This document shows positions 49,555 through 62,752 of a DNA stretch of 64,000 nt, one piece after another. Position 1 is the stretch's first letter. Every line of letters starts with the position of its first letter. The DNA is from Octopus sinensis (taxonomy: Eukaryota). The stretch lies in contig NC_042997.1 in NCBI RefSeq assembly GCF_006345805.1, positions 188,294,001 to 188,358,000 of the forward strand, given 5' to 3'. The notes below the pieces were generated by a model. The model ran no database searches. It saw nothing but the letters and a program-made list of their open reading frames with translations, and had not been told where the DNA came from. The position numbers were made by a program, and so were the translations under genes.

Positions 49555-50462
49555 TATAGTTTTGTTAAGTGGATTTACATTTTCCAAGTGATTATGGGGA
49601 CAATTCATTAATTTAACATTATTATCATTATTACTATTAAATGAATTAACTATCATTATTACTATTAAATGAAACAGCAAAACAACATCTAGTCACATTC
49701 TTTTATGTTTTAAGTTCAAATCTTACCAAGATTGACTTTTCCTGTCATCTAACTGTACCTGTTATATTCTAAGGACTTGGTCATTTCTCATCTTTTCTGA
49801 GAGTTCTGATACTGAACAGCATCTTCCTCTTCCATGGATACGTTCTATCAATAGCACAGTGACAGTCTTCATCTATCTTTTCACATCACATACATATTAA
49901 TGCAGTTCTTTCTGTTGTACAATAGTACAACATTATACAACTTTATTATTATACAACTTTTAACATATTACAACTTTATCTATTGAGTTGGAACATTAGG
50001 CCTTTAGATGCTAAGCTTTCTTCCAGTTTTAGAATTTTTCTACAACTTTTCAACATATTCTATAGTAAAAATATGTTGACAACCAGTCTCGTGTTATTGT
50101 TCAAGAATAAATTAATTACAGCAATAGAATTGGACTGAGAACAGGGCTGTAGTAAACACCATGCTGTATTAAATTCCTTATGAACTCAGTATTAGCTGAT
50201 AACAGTCTTGTATATGCCACCCTCATAAATGGTATCCACTAGACTATGGAACATAAGAGCCATCTTATCTCTGTTCTATGAATTTGTGGTCTTGCACCAA
50301 TATAAACATAATTTTTTGAATAATTATGATGTTAGTAAGAATGGTAATGTAGCGTATTTGATATCCTCACTGTTTGAGAAACACAACAGGAATAATCTTG
50401 TTTGAGATTACAGCCATCTTTATATATCCATGTATTATGGCTTCTCTTATATTTTTGCTAGG

Positions 50463-50530
50463 GATGCGACCGTGTGGCATACTAAAGGAGATGTTTGTCA
50501 CCAACCTCCTTACGTATAGTCGGTCGTATT
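50463..50530 (+). other. Isolated CpG-rich stem-loop of about 68 nt
   Basis: ATGCGACCG pairs with CGGTCGTAT. Inner helices are ATAC/GTAT, AAGGAG/CTCCTT and GTT/AAC, with a 7-nt loop. Confidence 0.45.
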
Positions 50531-50704
50531 AACACTACAGTAGCATAACTAATAGCTCTTTTCACTGAGTCCAAATCCTACAAGAGTTACTTGGGCTTTC
50601 ATCCTTCTACAGTGTATAAAAGTAAATACCAGCGATGTTTTGGGGTCAATTAATCATCTGTTTCTACTACAAAATTGTTTATGTTAAATGTTAGAAATCA
50701 GTAA

Positions 50705-51010
50705 TCATCATCATCATCATTGTTTAAGGTCCATCTTCCATGCATGCAGGAGTAGGACAGTTGACAGGAGCTGGCCAGGTAGAAAACTACCCTAGGTTAC
50801 TGTGTCTGTTTTGACTGAGATTTTATGGCTGGATGCCCTTCCTAACACCAACCGCTCTGCAGAGTGGACTCAGTACTTTTTACGTGGCACTAGCACAGGT
50901 GAGGTTATTTTTGGCATGATTTTTACAGCTGGATGCCCTTCCAAATGCCAACCACGTTACAGTGTGAACTGGATGCTTTTAAGTGGCACCAGCACTGGCA
51001 GGAAACCAAA
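50705..51010 (-). mobile_element. Older RTE-type 3' end
   Basis: (cat)n tail and repeated ggctggatgcccttcc.aa.gcca motifs. Confidence 0.65.
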
Positions 51011-51337
51011 TAACTCACAAGACAAGGAATTATGAGAGGGACAGGGGCATTTGAGGAGGAGAACTTGTGCCAGAGGATGAAAGGTTAGAATTTGACAAAG
51101 AGACAGAGAGACAGAAGCAGGTGTCTTGCCACAACAGAGGGGTCATTAGAGGAGGTGATCTAGTATCAGATGATGAAAGGTTAGAGTGTAACACAGAAAT
51201 AATAAGGCAGAAATACATGTCTTTCTATAGATGAGGTGCATGGTTACCCAGTGAGAGAGAGAGAGGTACAAGAAAGAAGCCAGAAACAAGTGTGCTGATG
51301 TAAAGAGATACTTAGTTACCTAGTCAGAGGGAAAATA

Positions 51338-51373
<36 letters not shown>

Positions 51374-51539
51374 CCAAAGGCAAGAGAGAGAGTAGGAAAC
51401 AGCAAAAGTGGAAGAGAGATCAGAAGAGAGGTGGTGTAGTGCCAGGTTATACTCACAAGTAACAAGAATATGAGGGTAGAACCTGGGTAGATAAATAGGG
51501 TGTGGCAGTTGGGGATGTGGGGAACAGGAATGGAATTCC

Positions 51540-52650
51540 AACCACATTTTGTGGTTCACTACCTCAACAGCTCCTTTATGGGATCCAGTGGCTAAGGACA
51601 TCAACAGGAGGAACCACGTCTGGTTTCAGCCCCTACTCTTTTACTGTTTTCAACATGGCGGAGCCCCTTCCTTTCGGAGGTGTCTTCAGATCTGGTGTTG
51701 AGTGTGTTTTTTCCTTTTTTCTTTTGCCTCTTGTTCTTTGGTTTCTTCGATGCAGCATCAACAAATGTTAACAGGTGAATGAGCACCCTACCAAATTTCC
51801 CTTTAAATTCTCGCAGGTAGGCTCCAGCAGTCAGCACTAGCTAACTGCTACATGACACAATCTAAGCTTCAACTGACCCATAGAGGGGAAGGGCATGTAG
51901 TTTTCGCCTGCACCCTCTAGTCATAAACACAATATTGTACAATACTTATAAACTTGTAGCTAAGTCCGTCGTTCCCTGGTGAACTTTTTGCTCTTGTTTT
52001 TCTAATGAACTCATCAATTTCTTTCCATCTGACGTCACTCAAATCGATTGGCTTAGGTGGTTTCTTCAGCCTGACCATATCTGGGAGTACTTTATTCCTA
52101 TCAGTGTCACTGTACGTCTCTTTAAGATGGTGTCTGAGCTCTTCTTTAATGCAATCTAATCTTCCGCTCTTAATTTTGGTAAACAAACACTTAACATATT
52201 GATATGAGTTGTTTACAAAACTGCAATAGTTCTTTTCTCTCTCCTTTCTTCTGTTCTTCCTTCTTTCTTTCCTTAGTTGGTCTTGATGCCTCATTTATAT
52301 CTCTTCATATATTTGTTTTAGCCCTTTTCTTTCCTATTCCTTTGCATCCCTCCATCTGGTTCTTAGTTTTTCCTCCTCTTCTCATATCTTTGTGATCCAT
52401 CTTTCTCTTCTTGATGATTTGCCCCTTGCTGATGATTCTCCATTCCCTGTTGTTTCAAGTCCAAATCTTTTCCCTCCTTCCTGATAGATTATGTTAGCCA
52501 AGTACTCGAGCTCTTGTTCATTGTCCCCTTTGAATTTGGTGGTCATTTTTGCTACGTCGTTATTGAATTTCTTATAGCTAGCTGCATCATTTGCCTCCAG
52601 CCACTTAATCTTTGGCTTCTTCATGCCTATCTCTTTCCCTGGCTGTTCCG
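51540..52650 (-). mobile_element. Relic of an R2-like (Hero/NeSL-type, RLE) non-LTR retrotransposon
   Basis: KPKIKW...IIYQEGGKRFG...SRR and KSGRL...EEL..HLKETYSD...WKEI...RK.RAKSSPGNDGLSYK, the pre-RT blocks of this clade, plus a degraded C-terminal piece. Confidence 0.7.
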
Positions 52651-53169
52651 ATTGAACTGTAAGTAGGGCAGAGAGGGCAAGAAAAATGATTGGAAAACAA
52701 TCATAATTTATGAAGCAGAAATAATAATGTTAATAGTTAAAGTAGGAGGGACATTAATGTAATTTGTTTTATCCATTTTCATAGTGTCAACCAAAACCTT
52801 AAAAATTTAATAGTCATAAAGTTTATACAGATTTCAGTGAGAGATTCTGTACACTGGTGGATGCCCTTGATTTTCCTTTCTTCCATGATAGGTTCTGAAA
52901 TATCAACAATGACCTAGAACTTAGTCTTTGGACAAGATGATTCATTGTTTCCAGAAGTATATTTCTCTCAAACATTTTCCTATTCCATTTTTATTCCTTT
53001 AAGCAGATCTTTCTATTTTATAGTGTGGATATGTAATCTTATCAGTGCTGAAGTAGATCCCTTTGCAGGTTACTTCTAAGATATGGAGTTTCATCCCTAA
53101 CTGTATTATGTTCAAATGTTAATTGTCATTGAGATATCCTTACATTCTGCCATCAATATATGTATTTTT

Positions 53170-53550
53170 TCATTCTTTTACTTGTTTTAGTCATTTGACT
53201 GCAGCCATAGTGAAGCACTGCCTTAAAGGGTTTTAGTCAAAGAAATTGACCCCAGGACTTATTCTTTGTAAATCTAGCACTTATTCTATCAGTCTCTTTT
53301 GCAGAACTGCTAAGTTACGGACATAAACACACCAGCATCGGTTGTCAAGTGATGGCAAGGGGCACAAACACACACACACACACACATATACAATGAGCTT
53401 CTTTCAGTTTCCATCTACCAAATCCACTTACAAGGCTTTGGTCAGCCCGAGGCTATAGTAGAAGACATTTACCCAAGGTGTCATGCAGTGGGACTGAACC
53501 TAGAACCTTGTGGTTGTGAAACAAGCTCTTTACCATACAGCCACGCCTGA
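53170..53550 (-). mobile_element. SINE family B, full length
   Basis: Matches 19425-19875. Confidence 0.85.
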
Positions 53551-54272
53551 ATAACTATTTATAATTTCTATGTTTCAAGTAAAATATCCATCAAAAATTT
53601 ATAGCTGACTAACAGATGTAAGGAAAGATGTTCAGATGTAGGAGCACCATCTCTAATAGCTCATTAAAATCTGTACATTTGCAGAACTATTCAACCAGCA
53701 CTAAAATGTTGAAATATATGTTGTCAAACCATTTAAAACAAAATAAATTAATAGTTACACATCATGGCAAAATATTTACATAAAATTTGTCTTCTAAATA
53801 TTTCAGAATGTCAAAATTTTTTAATTATATGTCTGAAATCATTTAATATAACGACACAACTTGCATGAAAAGAACTCACCCTTGCTATATCTCGGAGGTA
53901 ATTAATGTTAATAATCAGATCTGATGAACATATAATCAATGTAACTTAAAAAATATTTCTGAAATGATGGAACCTGTTATATGAAGTAAAACATATATAT
54001 AGTTAGAGTAATTAATATCTCTAATGTACATTTTACCGATTACTAGAAATCCGTACGATTAGGAATTACATAAGCTATTATCTAAAAGGAAATGATTCAT
54101 TTGACAAACAGTTCTTTTACACACAATCCCAACTGCAAGGATTGTTTAAACATTGAATATCAGTTCATGTGATGCAATGTGCAGATTCTGGGTCAACAAT
54201 AAGATCATATTAGCTCATCGGACACATCACCATGTCACAGTGGCAACTGCAACTTTTGAATCACCTTATTTA

Positions 54273-54329
<57 letters not shown>

Positions 54330-55920
54330 ATGTGTGTGTATCTCTTATCGCTCTTACTCAAGGAGCTATATATGTGTGTGTGTGTATGTGTATATATATA
54401 TATATATATAATATAAGTTATATGATGTGTAAAAACATGTAATATACAAATAAATATCTGTAAATATAAAACCATCCGAATTTCTGAGTACCTCATTTCT
54501 TCTAATATAAAATACCTGTATATCATCTCCAAACCTATATATATATATATATATAAAACAAAACTCCTTGTTATTTTATTTTCCTTCCATGCACCACATT
54601 ACCCAACCCACCAATGTATAACCCCCCCCCCCTGTTTCACCATTCTTATCCACTATCTGACTCTCTGGCACTAATTTTCACTTTCCCTCTTGTTATTCCC
54701 TTCCCTAACCCTACCTCTGTTAGTCTATCCCCTACCACCCACTTTCTACAATAAACCAGTGTAACTCCTATAAGTACTTTCTTGGTCCCTGACAGACTGC
54801 CCAACCTGTATAGACACAACAAGCAGACCTACCTACCCCATCACTGAGTCCACTTAGCCCAACCTATCATCACTATCACTATGTCCTTACTTCTCCATCA
54901 CACTCATTCCTGACATAACTCCTCTACCTTTCCTTCACCACACCTCTGTTTATTCCATTACTCACAACCTACTGCCAATCCCTCTGTTATTCTCTCCACT
55001 GCCATCCTCTTAGAATGATAAATCTATTCCATTCTTTACTGGGGGAGGGAAGGGCTCTCTTTCACTTTGTGAGATACAAGATGACCCCAACACTGCTGGC
55101 ACCCCCAAAAGCACCCAGTACAGCTTGAAGTGGAAGGTAGACAATTTGAGCATTTGAGCAGCAACAACACCAGTCTCAAGAGGGGTTTGTAGATTAGCCA
55201 ACAGCAAAGAAACCTCTATAGCACTGGGGTCAAAAATGTGATTCATGTTTAGGAAGGGCCTCCAGTTGTAGAAACCATACCAAAAGTAAGACCCTGGACA
55301 AAGGTGTTGTCTTCTGACCCATTGAATCCCATTGAATCATTCCCCTTCTCTGGTCAACATGTTAACCCTTTTGTGTTCAGATTATTTTGTTAAATGTAAT
55401 GTTTGTTTATTTTATATACATATAAGAGGGATGACCATAACATGGACAACCCTTATGCTAGAAGTAGATCCACTATGGTCTTACCACTAAGAAATGTTCT
55501 CAAGAAAATTCAGCAAACACCAGAACATAATAGAGCAAGACAGATGAGAAATAACAAAAATATAGATTAATCATGGACATGTTTCACTATCAACATTTAC
55601 ATAATTTTACTTATGTAATTTGTCTGTAGCTCGTCAGCATGTAATGTTTGTTTATTTATATTGTTTTAAATTAACCATGCATTATCTTGTAGTTTACAGA
55701 TTTCAATGATGTGACTGTTTAGTTTTAGAATGACATTGTAGGGATGAGATCAGAGCCCAGATCTGGTCAGTTTCAACATAAACAGGTTAAATATTTTGGC
55801 CACATATAAGACTTTGATGCACCCTCTAATTCACCACATCCTGTCAAGCCATCCACCCCACACTAACATGGAGGATGGACATTAAGTGATGATGATGGTG
55901 GTAATGATGATGATATATAT

Positions 55921-55967
<47 letters not shown>

Positions 55968-55984
55968 ATGTGTGTGTGTTTTCT

Positions 55985-56365
55985 TTTATTCTTCTACCTG
56001 TTTCAGTCATTTGACTGCGGCCATGCTGGAGCACTGTCTTGAGAGGTTTTAATCAAACAAATTGACCCCGGGACTTACTTTTAAGCCTAGTACTTATTCT
56101 ATCAGTCTCTTTTGCTGAACCACTAAGTTATGGATGTAAACACAACAACACCGGCTGTCAAACTGTGATGTGGGGAAGAGGACAAACACAGACACAAAGA
56201 AACACACACACACACATATATATATGACGGGCTTCTTTCAGTTCCCATCTACCAAATCCACTCATAAGGCTTTGGTCAGCCCAAGGCTATACTAGAAGTC
56301 ACTTTCCAAAGGTGACATGCAGTGGGACTGAACCTGAAATCATGTGGTTCAGAAGTAAGCTTCTT
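55985..56365 (-). mobile_element. SINE family B, near full length
   Basis: Matches 19425-19875. Confidence 0.85.
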
Positions 56366-56379
56366 ATATATATGTAAAT

Positions 56380-56575
56380 ATCATCATCATCCTCATCATC
56401 ATTTAACGCCTGTTTTCCATGCTGGCTTGGGTTAGACAGCTTGACAGGAACTTACAGGGCCAGGGGACATACCAGGTTCCATAATCTGTTTTGGCTTGGC
56501 TTCTACAATTGGATGCCCTTCCTAATGCCAACCACTTTACAGAGTGTACTGGGTGCCTTTTATGTGGCACCGAGT
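56380..56575 (-). mobile_element. RTE LINE 3' end
   Basis: (cat)n, tttaacgcc and ggatgcccttcctaatgccaaccac. Confidence 0.75.
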
Positions 56576-56743
56576 GTATATATATATATATATATATTAT
56601 GTCAGCATAGAAAAATCCAAGCCGTATCCTCTCGAAGCACTTCTGCTTATTTCAATATTACAATATGGCATGTAGTTGCTGTTGTTGTTGTATTGACGTG
56701 AGTTACATGTTAGAACTGAAAATTCTGCAAATATTATTTGCAG

Positions 56744-56763
56744 GGTTATCATATAACAAAATG
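56744..56763 (+). other. Candidate 20-nt micro-exon
   Basis: Acceptor tattatttgcag and donor ATG|GTAAGC. Confidence 0.2.
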
Positions 56764-56879
56764 GTAAGCTGAAAACTTTTTCTGGTAATATTTATTTACT
56801 ATTACACATGTTTCATTTGCTGATGAGAATCACAAAATTGTACATGTTGGATAAATGTGCAAGAAATTTCTTCAGACAG

Positions 56880-57388
56880 ACAAAAGACCAAGACATCTGG
56901 ATATATACTGTGACTGTGAAGACCCAACAAACGAAATGAGATCATGGCTTGCAGGACGGCTCGCTGTGCTAACCTTGGATCGTAGGGTGACCTGCTGTGC
57001 TTGAGGGGACCTATTGAGTCAAGTAAATCAACATCAATATAAAAATCAAATGGAAATTGTAGTTGTGATACCCATGCCGGTGGCATGTAAAAAGCACCAT
57101 CCAAACGTGGCCGATGCCAGCGCTGCCTTGACTGGCGTCCATGCCAGTGACATGTAGAAAGCACCAACCAATCATAGCCGTTTGCCAGCCTCTTCTGGCC
57201 CCTGTGTCGGCATGTAAAAAGCACCCACTACATTCATGGAGTGGTTGGCATTAAGAAGGGTATCCAGCTATAGAAACACTGCCAGATCAAACTGGAGCCT
57301 GGTGCAGCCTCCTGGCTTCCCAGATCCCGGTTGAACCGTCCAACCCATGCTAGCATGGAAAACAGACGTTAATCTATGATGATGATGA

Positions 57389-57390
<2 letters not shown>
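56880..57390 (+). mobile_element. RTE LINE 3' fragment
   Basis: Same 3' UTR subtype as 15095-15520, with a canonical tail. Confidence 0.85.
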
Positions 57391-57422
<32 letters not shown>

Positions 57423-57710
57423 ATTTATATTCAGCCGCATTCATGTGTGTTTAAGTACATGCAAAGAATGCTTATTTGTATATTTATACATATATATTTA
57501 CTTATTGAACTGTGCAGCAGACAAGCTATTTGAAAAATATAAATTATCCATGTGACGTAATAGTTTTTGTTTAGGAACTATCCATGGAAATACTATTCTC
57601 GCCGGTATAAAAATTTACAACCCCTCAATTTGTGACCAGTGTGACAAGTCCTAATCCATGAAACACTCAGCCCTTGAGATCTTCTGTTGTTTCTGCTAAA
57701 TACTGGTAAA

Positions 57711-57749
<39 letters not shown>

Positions 57750-57751
<2 letters not shown>

Positions 57752-57934
57752 TTGAGCAAAATTTAGATTCAAATTAATATGGTACTTAAGTCAGAGGCAC
57801 CAGAATTTTGTATGGTATTATCCATATAAATCCATGGGGTGATTATAATTAAAATAAGCAACAAGTATATCTTCAGTAATTTGAAACAATCGTACCAAAT
57901 TACCGAAGATATACTTGTTGCTCATTTTGAGTAT
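57750..57934. mobile_element. Short repeat ending in a long hairpin, copy 2
   Basis: Homologous to 41604-41798. Arms at about 57844-57883 and 57896-57934. Confidence 0.75.
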
Positions 57935-58204
57935 ATATATACTCATGTTTTGAGTTCTATTTTTCCTATTTGTATCACGAAACCTATATATATATATATC
58001 ATCATCATCATCGTTTAACGATGATGGTTGCCATTAGGAAAGGCATCCAGCCATATAAACCATGCCAAATTAGACTGGAGTCTGGTGTAGGTCTTCAGCC
58101 CTGGTCAAACTGTCCAACCCATGCCAGCATGGACAACAAACATTAAATGATGATGATGATATATATATATACACACACACACACATATATATACATACGT
58201 ATAT

Positions 58205-58825
58205 AATAGGTGTAGGTTTTGCTATATGGTAAGAACTTTATTTCCTAATCACATGATTCCAAGTTCAGTCCCACTCCATTGCACCTTGGGCAAGTGTTTT
58301 CTACTATCGGCCTTAGGCCAATGAAAGCCTAGTGAGTCGATTTGGCAAATGGAAACTGAAAGAAGCCCATCGAATGTATGTATGTATGTGTGTATATATA
58401 TATATAGGGAGAGTTTACGAAAAAAACATAAGACAAAGACAGGGGGTGTACAAAACAAACTGATATATTAGTATAATGCTCAGGAATAGAAAAAGTCTTT
58501 TATGTTTCAAGCCTATGCTCCTCTACAGAAAGGGACACAGAAAAAAACAAGGAGAGAAGCAAGGTTAGAAAAAAAATGTGTGTAGTGGCTAACAAGAGTG
58601 TGTGTGTGTGTGTGTGTGTTTTTGTCCCCCACCACTGCTTGACAACGGATGCTGGTGTATTTACATCTCTATAACTTAGCTGTTCAGCAAATGAGACCAA
58701 TAGAATATGTATTAGGCTTAAAAATAGAAAATTAGTACCGGGGGTTGATTCGTTTGACAAAAATTCTTTGCAGCAGTGCCCCAGCATAGCAGCAGTCTAA
58801 TGACTGAAACAAATAGAACAAAAGA
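58205..58825 (+). mobile_element. SINE family B with a Penelope pseudo-LTR fragment (-, 58405-58590) nested in its internal microsatellite
   Basis: The SINE 5' half (58205-58375) and 3' half (58600-58825) flank the pseudo-LTR segment. Confidence 0.7.
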
Positions 58826-58934
58826 ATACCTACAATATATATACATACATACATATATATATATATATTATATATATTATATATATATTATATATATATA
58901 TTATATATATTATATATATATATATATATATAAT

Positions 58935-58984
<50 letters not shown>

Positions 58985-59179
58985 CACACACGTCTGTACG
59001 TGCACAGGTATGTTAATGTATATATGAGTATGTGAGCATTTCTCAATATCTGTTTGTACAACATTATATGATAATTTGGTATTCTCTTACATGGAAAATA
59101 TTCTACTTGCTCAACAATCTCCACACCACTACAGCATTCTTCACCACAGCTGCCGGCACCGGCACCGCTATCACCGCTG

Positions 59180-59937
59180 TCATCAACAAACATCATTACT
59201 ACCACCACCACCGCCACCACCACCACCATCACCATCGCCATCGTCATCAGTATATCATTGTTGTTGTTGTTGTGAATGCAGCAATCACACTATCTTATTG
59301 GTAAAAGAGAGGAAAAAAAAAAAGAAAAAAAAAAAAAAGATGAAGCATCAAAACATATACATTTAAGTAAAGCAGATGTTGTTTGAAGTGGGTGTTAGCA
59401 GTTGTCAGTTGATGTGAGAAAAGAATAAATAAAGGTAACAGACAGTTGATTTTTTTTTTTTTAGCTTGTTACACAAACACAAAGTGCATTAAATTGTGTA
59501 TCGTTGACAGAATCCTTTGATTTGTGTTGCTCTAGACCTCATTGAAAAGTCTGCGATTTACAGTTCGACTTTGCTTGAGCTTCACACCGTGAATCCTTCC
59601 CTCATTGTATGATAGTTCTTTCATAATTTATCATCATCGTTGTCATTATCATCATTATCATCATCATCGTCGTCGTCGTCGTCGTCGTCGTCGTCATCGT
59701 CATCGTCATCATCATCATCATCATTGTTGTTGTCACTATCATCATCATCATCATCATAACCAACATGAATACTGCAGCACTTTTACCAGCAGCAGTAGCA
59801 CCACCACCACCACCACTCCATTGTCGTCATCATCATCATTGTCATCATCATTATTGTCATCATCATCATCGTCATCATCATCATCGTCATCATCATCATC
59901 GTCATCATCATCATCATTGTCATCATCATCGTCTTCG

Positions 59938-59969
<32 letters not shown>

Positions 59970-59985
59970 GTCATCATCATCATTG

Positions 59986-60026
<41 letters not shown>

Positions 60027-60410
60027 GTTGTCGTCATTGTTGTCGTTGTCAGGGTCGTTGTCATCATCATCACCATCAACAGCAGCAGCAGCAGAAACAG
60101 ACGAAGTGGTGGCAGTAGCAGCAGTGGCAGCAGCAGTAGCAACAGCAGCAGCAGTGGCAGCAGCAGTAGCAACAGCAGCAGCAGTGGCAGCAGCATCTTC
60201 CTCATTACTGTTGTTTTTGTTATCATTAGCATCATCAACTGCAACAGCAAAGTTAGCTGTAATATTATCCTCTTTCTTATTATCATCTTTATTATTGCCA
60301 CCACCGCTGCCAACAGCACCATCATCATCAGCAGCAGCAGCAACTGTAACATTGTTGTTTACCAGTACTGCTATCATTATCATCATCATTATCATCATCA
60401 CTATTAGATT
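59180..60410. repeat. Compound trinucleotide low-complexity tract (CAC, CAT, CGT, CAG)
   Basis: Long runs of cat/cgt/cag triplets that keep frames open on both strands. Confidence 0.9.
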
Positions 60411-60799
60411 CATTAATGGACTTAAATACAATCAGTCAAAGCATCAGAGCAAAATGTCTTACGTCTCACCAGTGAAGTGAGTACTAAGGTCAATTCAATG
60501 GGTTACATCCACCACTCCACACAAACAAAATGTGACTATTTATACTTCTGTCAAAAATCATCATTATGATCACGATCATCATCATCATCATCATCATGGA
60601 AAAGAGAAAGATATGGAGGGAGAGAAGAAGGAGGCAGTTGATGGACAGAATTGTCAGAGCATTAGAAAGAACACTTCATGATGTTTTCTCTGACTCTCTG
60701 CACTCTTAAGTCTAAATTCTGTTGAGGTTAACTTATAGAGTGAGGGAAGAACAGAATCATTTGAACTTCAGACAAAATGCTTCGTGGTATTTGTTCTGG

Positions 60800-62715
60800 C
60801 TTGAGCTGGCAGAAACATTAGCAAGCCGGGTGAAAATGCTGAGTGGTATTTCGTCTACCGCTATGTTTTGAGTTCAAATTCCGCCGAGGTCGACTTTGCC
60901 TTTCATCCTTTCGGGGTCGATAGATTAAGTATCAGTTGCGTACTGGGGTCGATATAATCGACTTAATCCGTTTGTCTGTCCTTGTTTGTCCTCTCTGTGT
61001 TTAGCCCCTTGTGGGTAGTAAAGAAATAGGTATTTTTTCTGGCTCTTTATTAAGTGAGTTCAAGTCCCAGTGAAGTCACATTTACCTTTTAACCATTCTA
61101 GAGTTGATGAAATTAAATACAAATGGACTACTGTAGTCAATTTGATTGACTAACTCCCTTGAATATTTTTGGCCTGGCACCTATGTGAGAAACATCATTA
61201 TTATTATTTAGATTAAGGCTGCAAGTTGGTAGGATTATTTTTACACTGGACAAAAGAGTTAGTGGCATTTCTCCCAGTTTTATGTTCTGAGTTTAAATGC
61301 CATCAAGATCGACTTTATCTTTAAGGCGATGAGCTGGCAGAAACGTTAGCATGTTAGGTAAAATGCTTAGTGGTATTTTGTCTGCTGCTATGTTCTGAGT
61401 TCAAATTCCGCTGTGGTCGACTTTGCCTTTCATCCTTTCAGGGTCAATTAAATAAGTACTACTGGGGGTTGATATAATCAACTAATCTGTTTGTCTCTCC
61501 TTGTTTGTCCCCTCTGTGTGTAGCCCCTTGTGGGCAGTAAAGAAATAGGTATTTCGTCTTCCGTTATGTTCTGGGTTCAAATTCCGCCAAGGTCAACTTT
61601 GCCTTTCAACTTTTTGGGGTCGATAAATTAAGTCATAGTTATGCACTGGGGTCAATATAATCAACTTAATCCGTTTGTCTGTCCTTGTTTGTCCCCTCTG
61701 TGTGTAGCCCCTTGTGGGCAGTAAAGAAATAGGTATTTCGTCTTCCGTTATGTTCTGGGTTCAAATTCCGCCAAGGTCAACTTTGCCTTTCAACTTTTTG
61801 GGGTCGATAAATTAAGTCATAGTTATGCACTGGGGTCAATATAATCAACTTAATCCGTTTGTCTGTCCTTGTTTGTCCCCTCTGTGTGTAGCCCCTTGTG
61901 GGCAGTAAAGAAATAAGATCGACTTTATCCCTTTTTATCCATTCAGGATCAATAAAAATAAGTACCAGTTGAATTCTGGGGTCAATGTAATTAACTTCCC
62001 CATCCTCTCAAAATTACTAGCTTTGTATCAAAAATTATTAAGAATTATCATTATCAAGATAGTGGATTGGCAGAATTGCTGGAGCAGTGGAAAAACTGAC
62101 TTGTGATATTTGTTTTGGATCCTTACATTCTTAGTTCAAACTCTGCTGAGGTCAGCTTTGCTTTTCATTCTCCCAGGGTTGATGAAATAAAATATCATTC
62201 AAGGATTGGAGTCGCTGGTAATGACCAACCCCTTACTCAATCACAATTGCTGGCTCGTTCCTAATTTAGAAACACAAAGAGCAGTGGCTAGGCTGAATCC
62301 TTTGAACATTGGAAAAACACCTTATAGTATTTTGTTTCAGCTCTTTATATTCTGAGTTCAAATCCTGCGAAGATCAACTGTCATCCTTCTGAGGTCAATA
62401 AAATAATGCATCAGTCAAGTACTGGGGTTGATGGTATCAACTAATCCCCATCCCTTCAAAAATTCCTGGCCTTGTGGTTAAATTTTTTTAAAAATTATTA
62501 TTAGGGCAGTGGATTGGCAGTCAACAGAGCCTCAGAAAAAATGCCTTGTGATACTTCCTTCAGCTCTTTAAGTCCCAAGTTCGAATCTTGTCGAGATTAA
62601 CTTTACTCTTCAACTCCTCAAGATTGATAAAATAAAGTTCCAATTAAGTGCTGGGGTTGATGTTATTGACAGGAGTTCTCTCAAAAACTGAGCCTTACAC
62701 CTAAATTTGAAAAAA

Positions 62716-62752
<37 letters not shown>

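Noticed and set aside
3953-60477. Single plus-strand gene chained from candidate exons at 3953, 20732, 23974, 32915, 56744 and 60408
   Set aside because: Phases can be made to fit only by arbitrary choices, the last join creates a stop, and the product resembles nothing I recognise.
59605-60480. 291-aa His/Ser/Ala-rich plus-strand ORF
   Set aside because: It is the antisense reading of the same triplet tract, with no non-repetitive domain.
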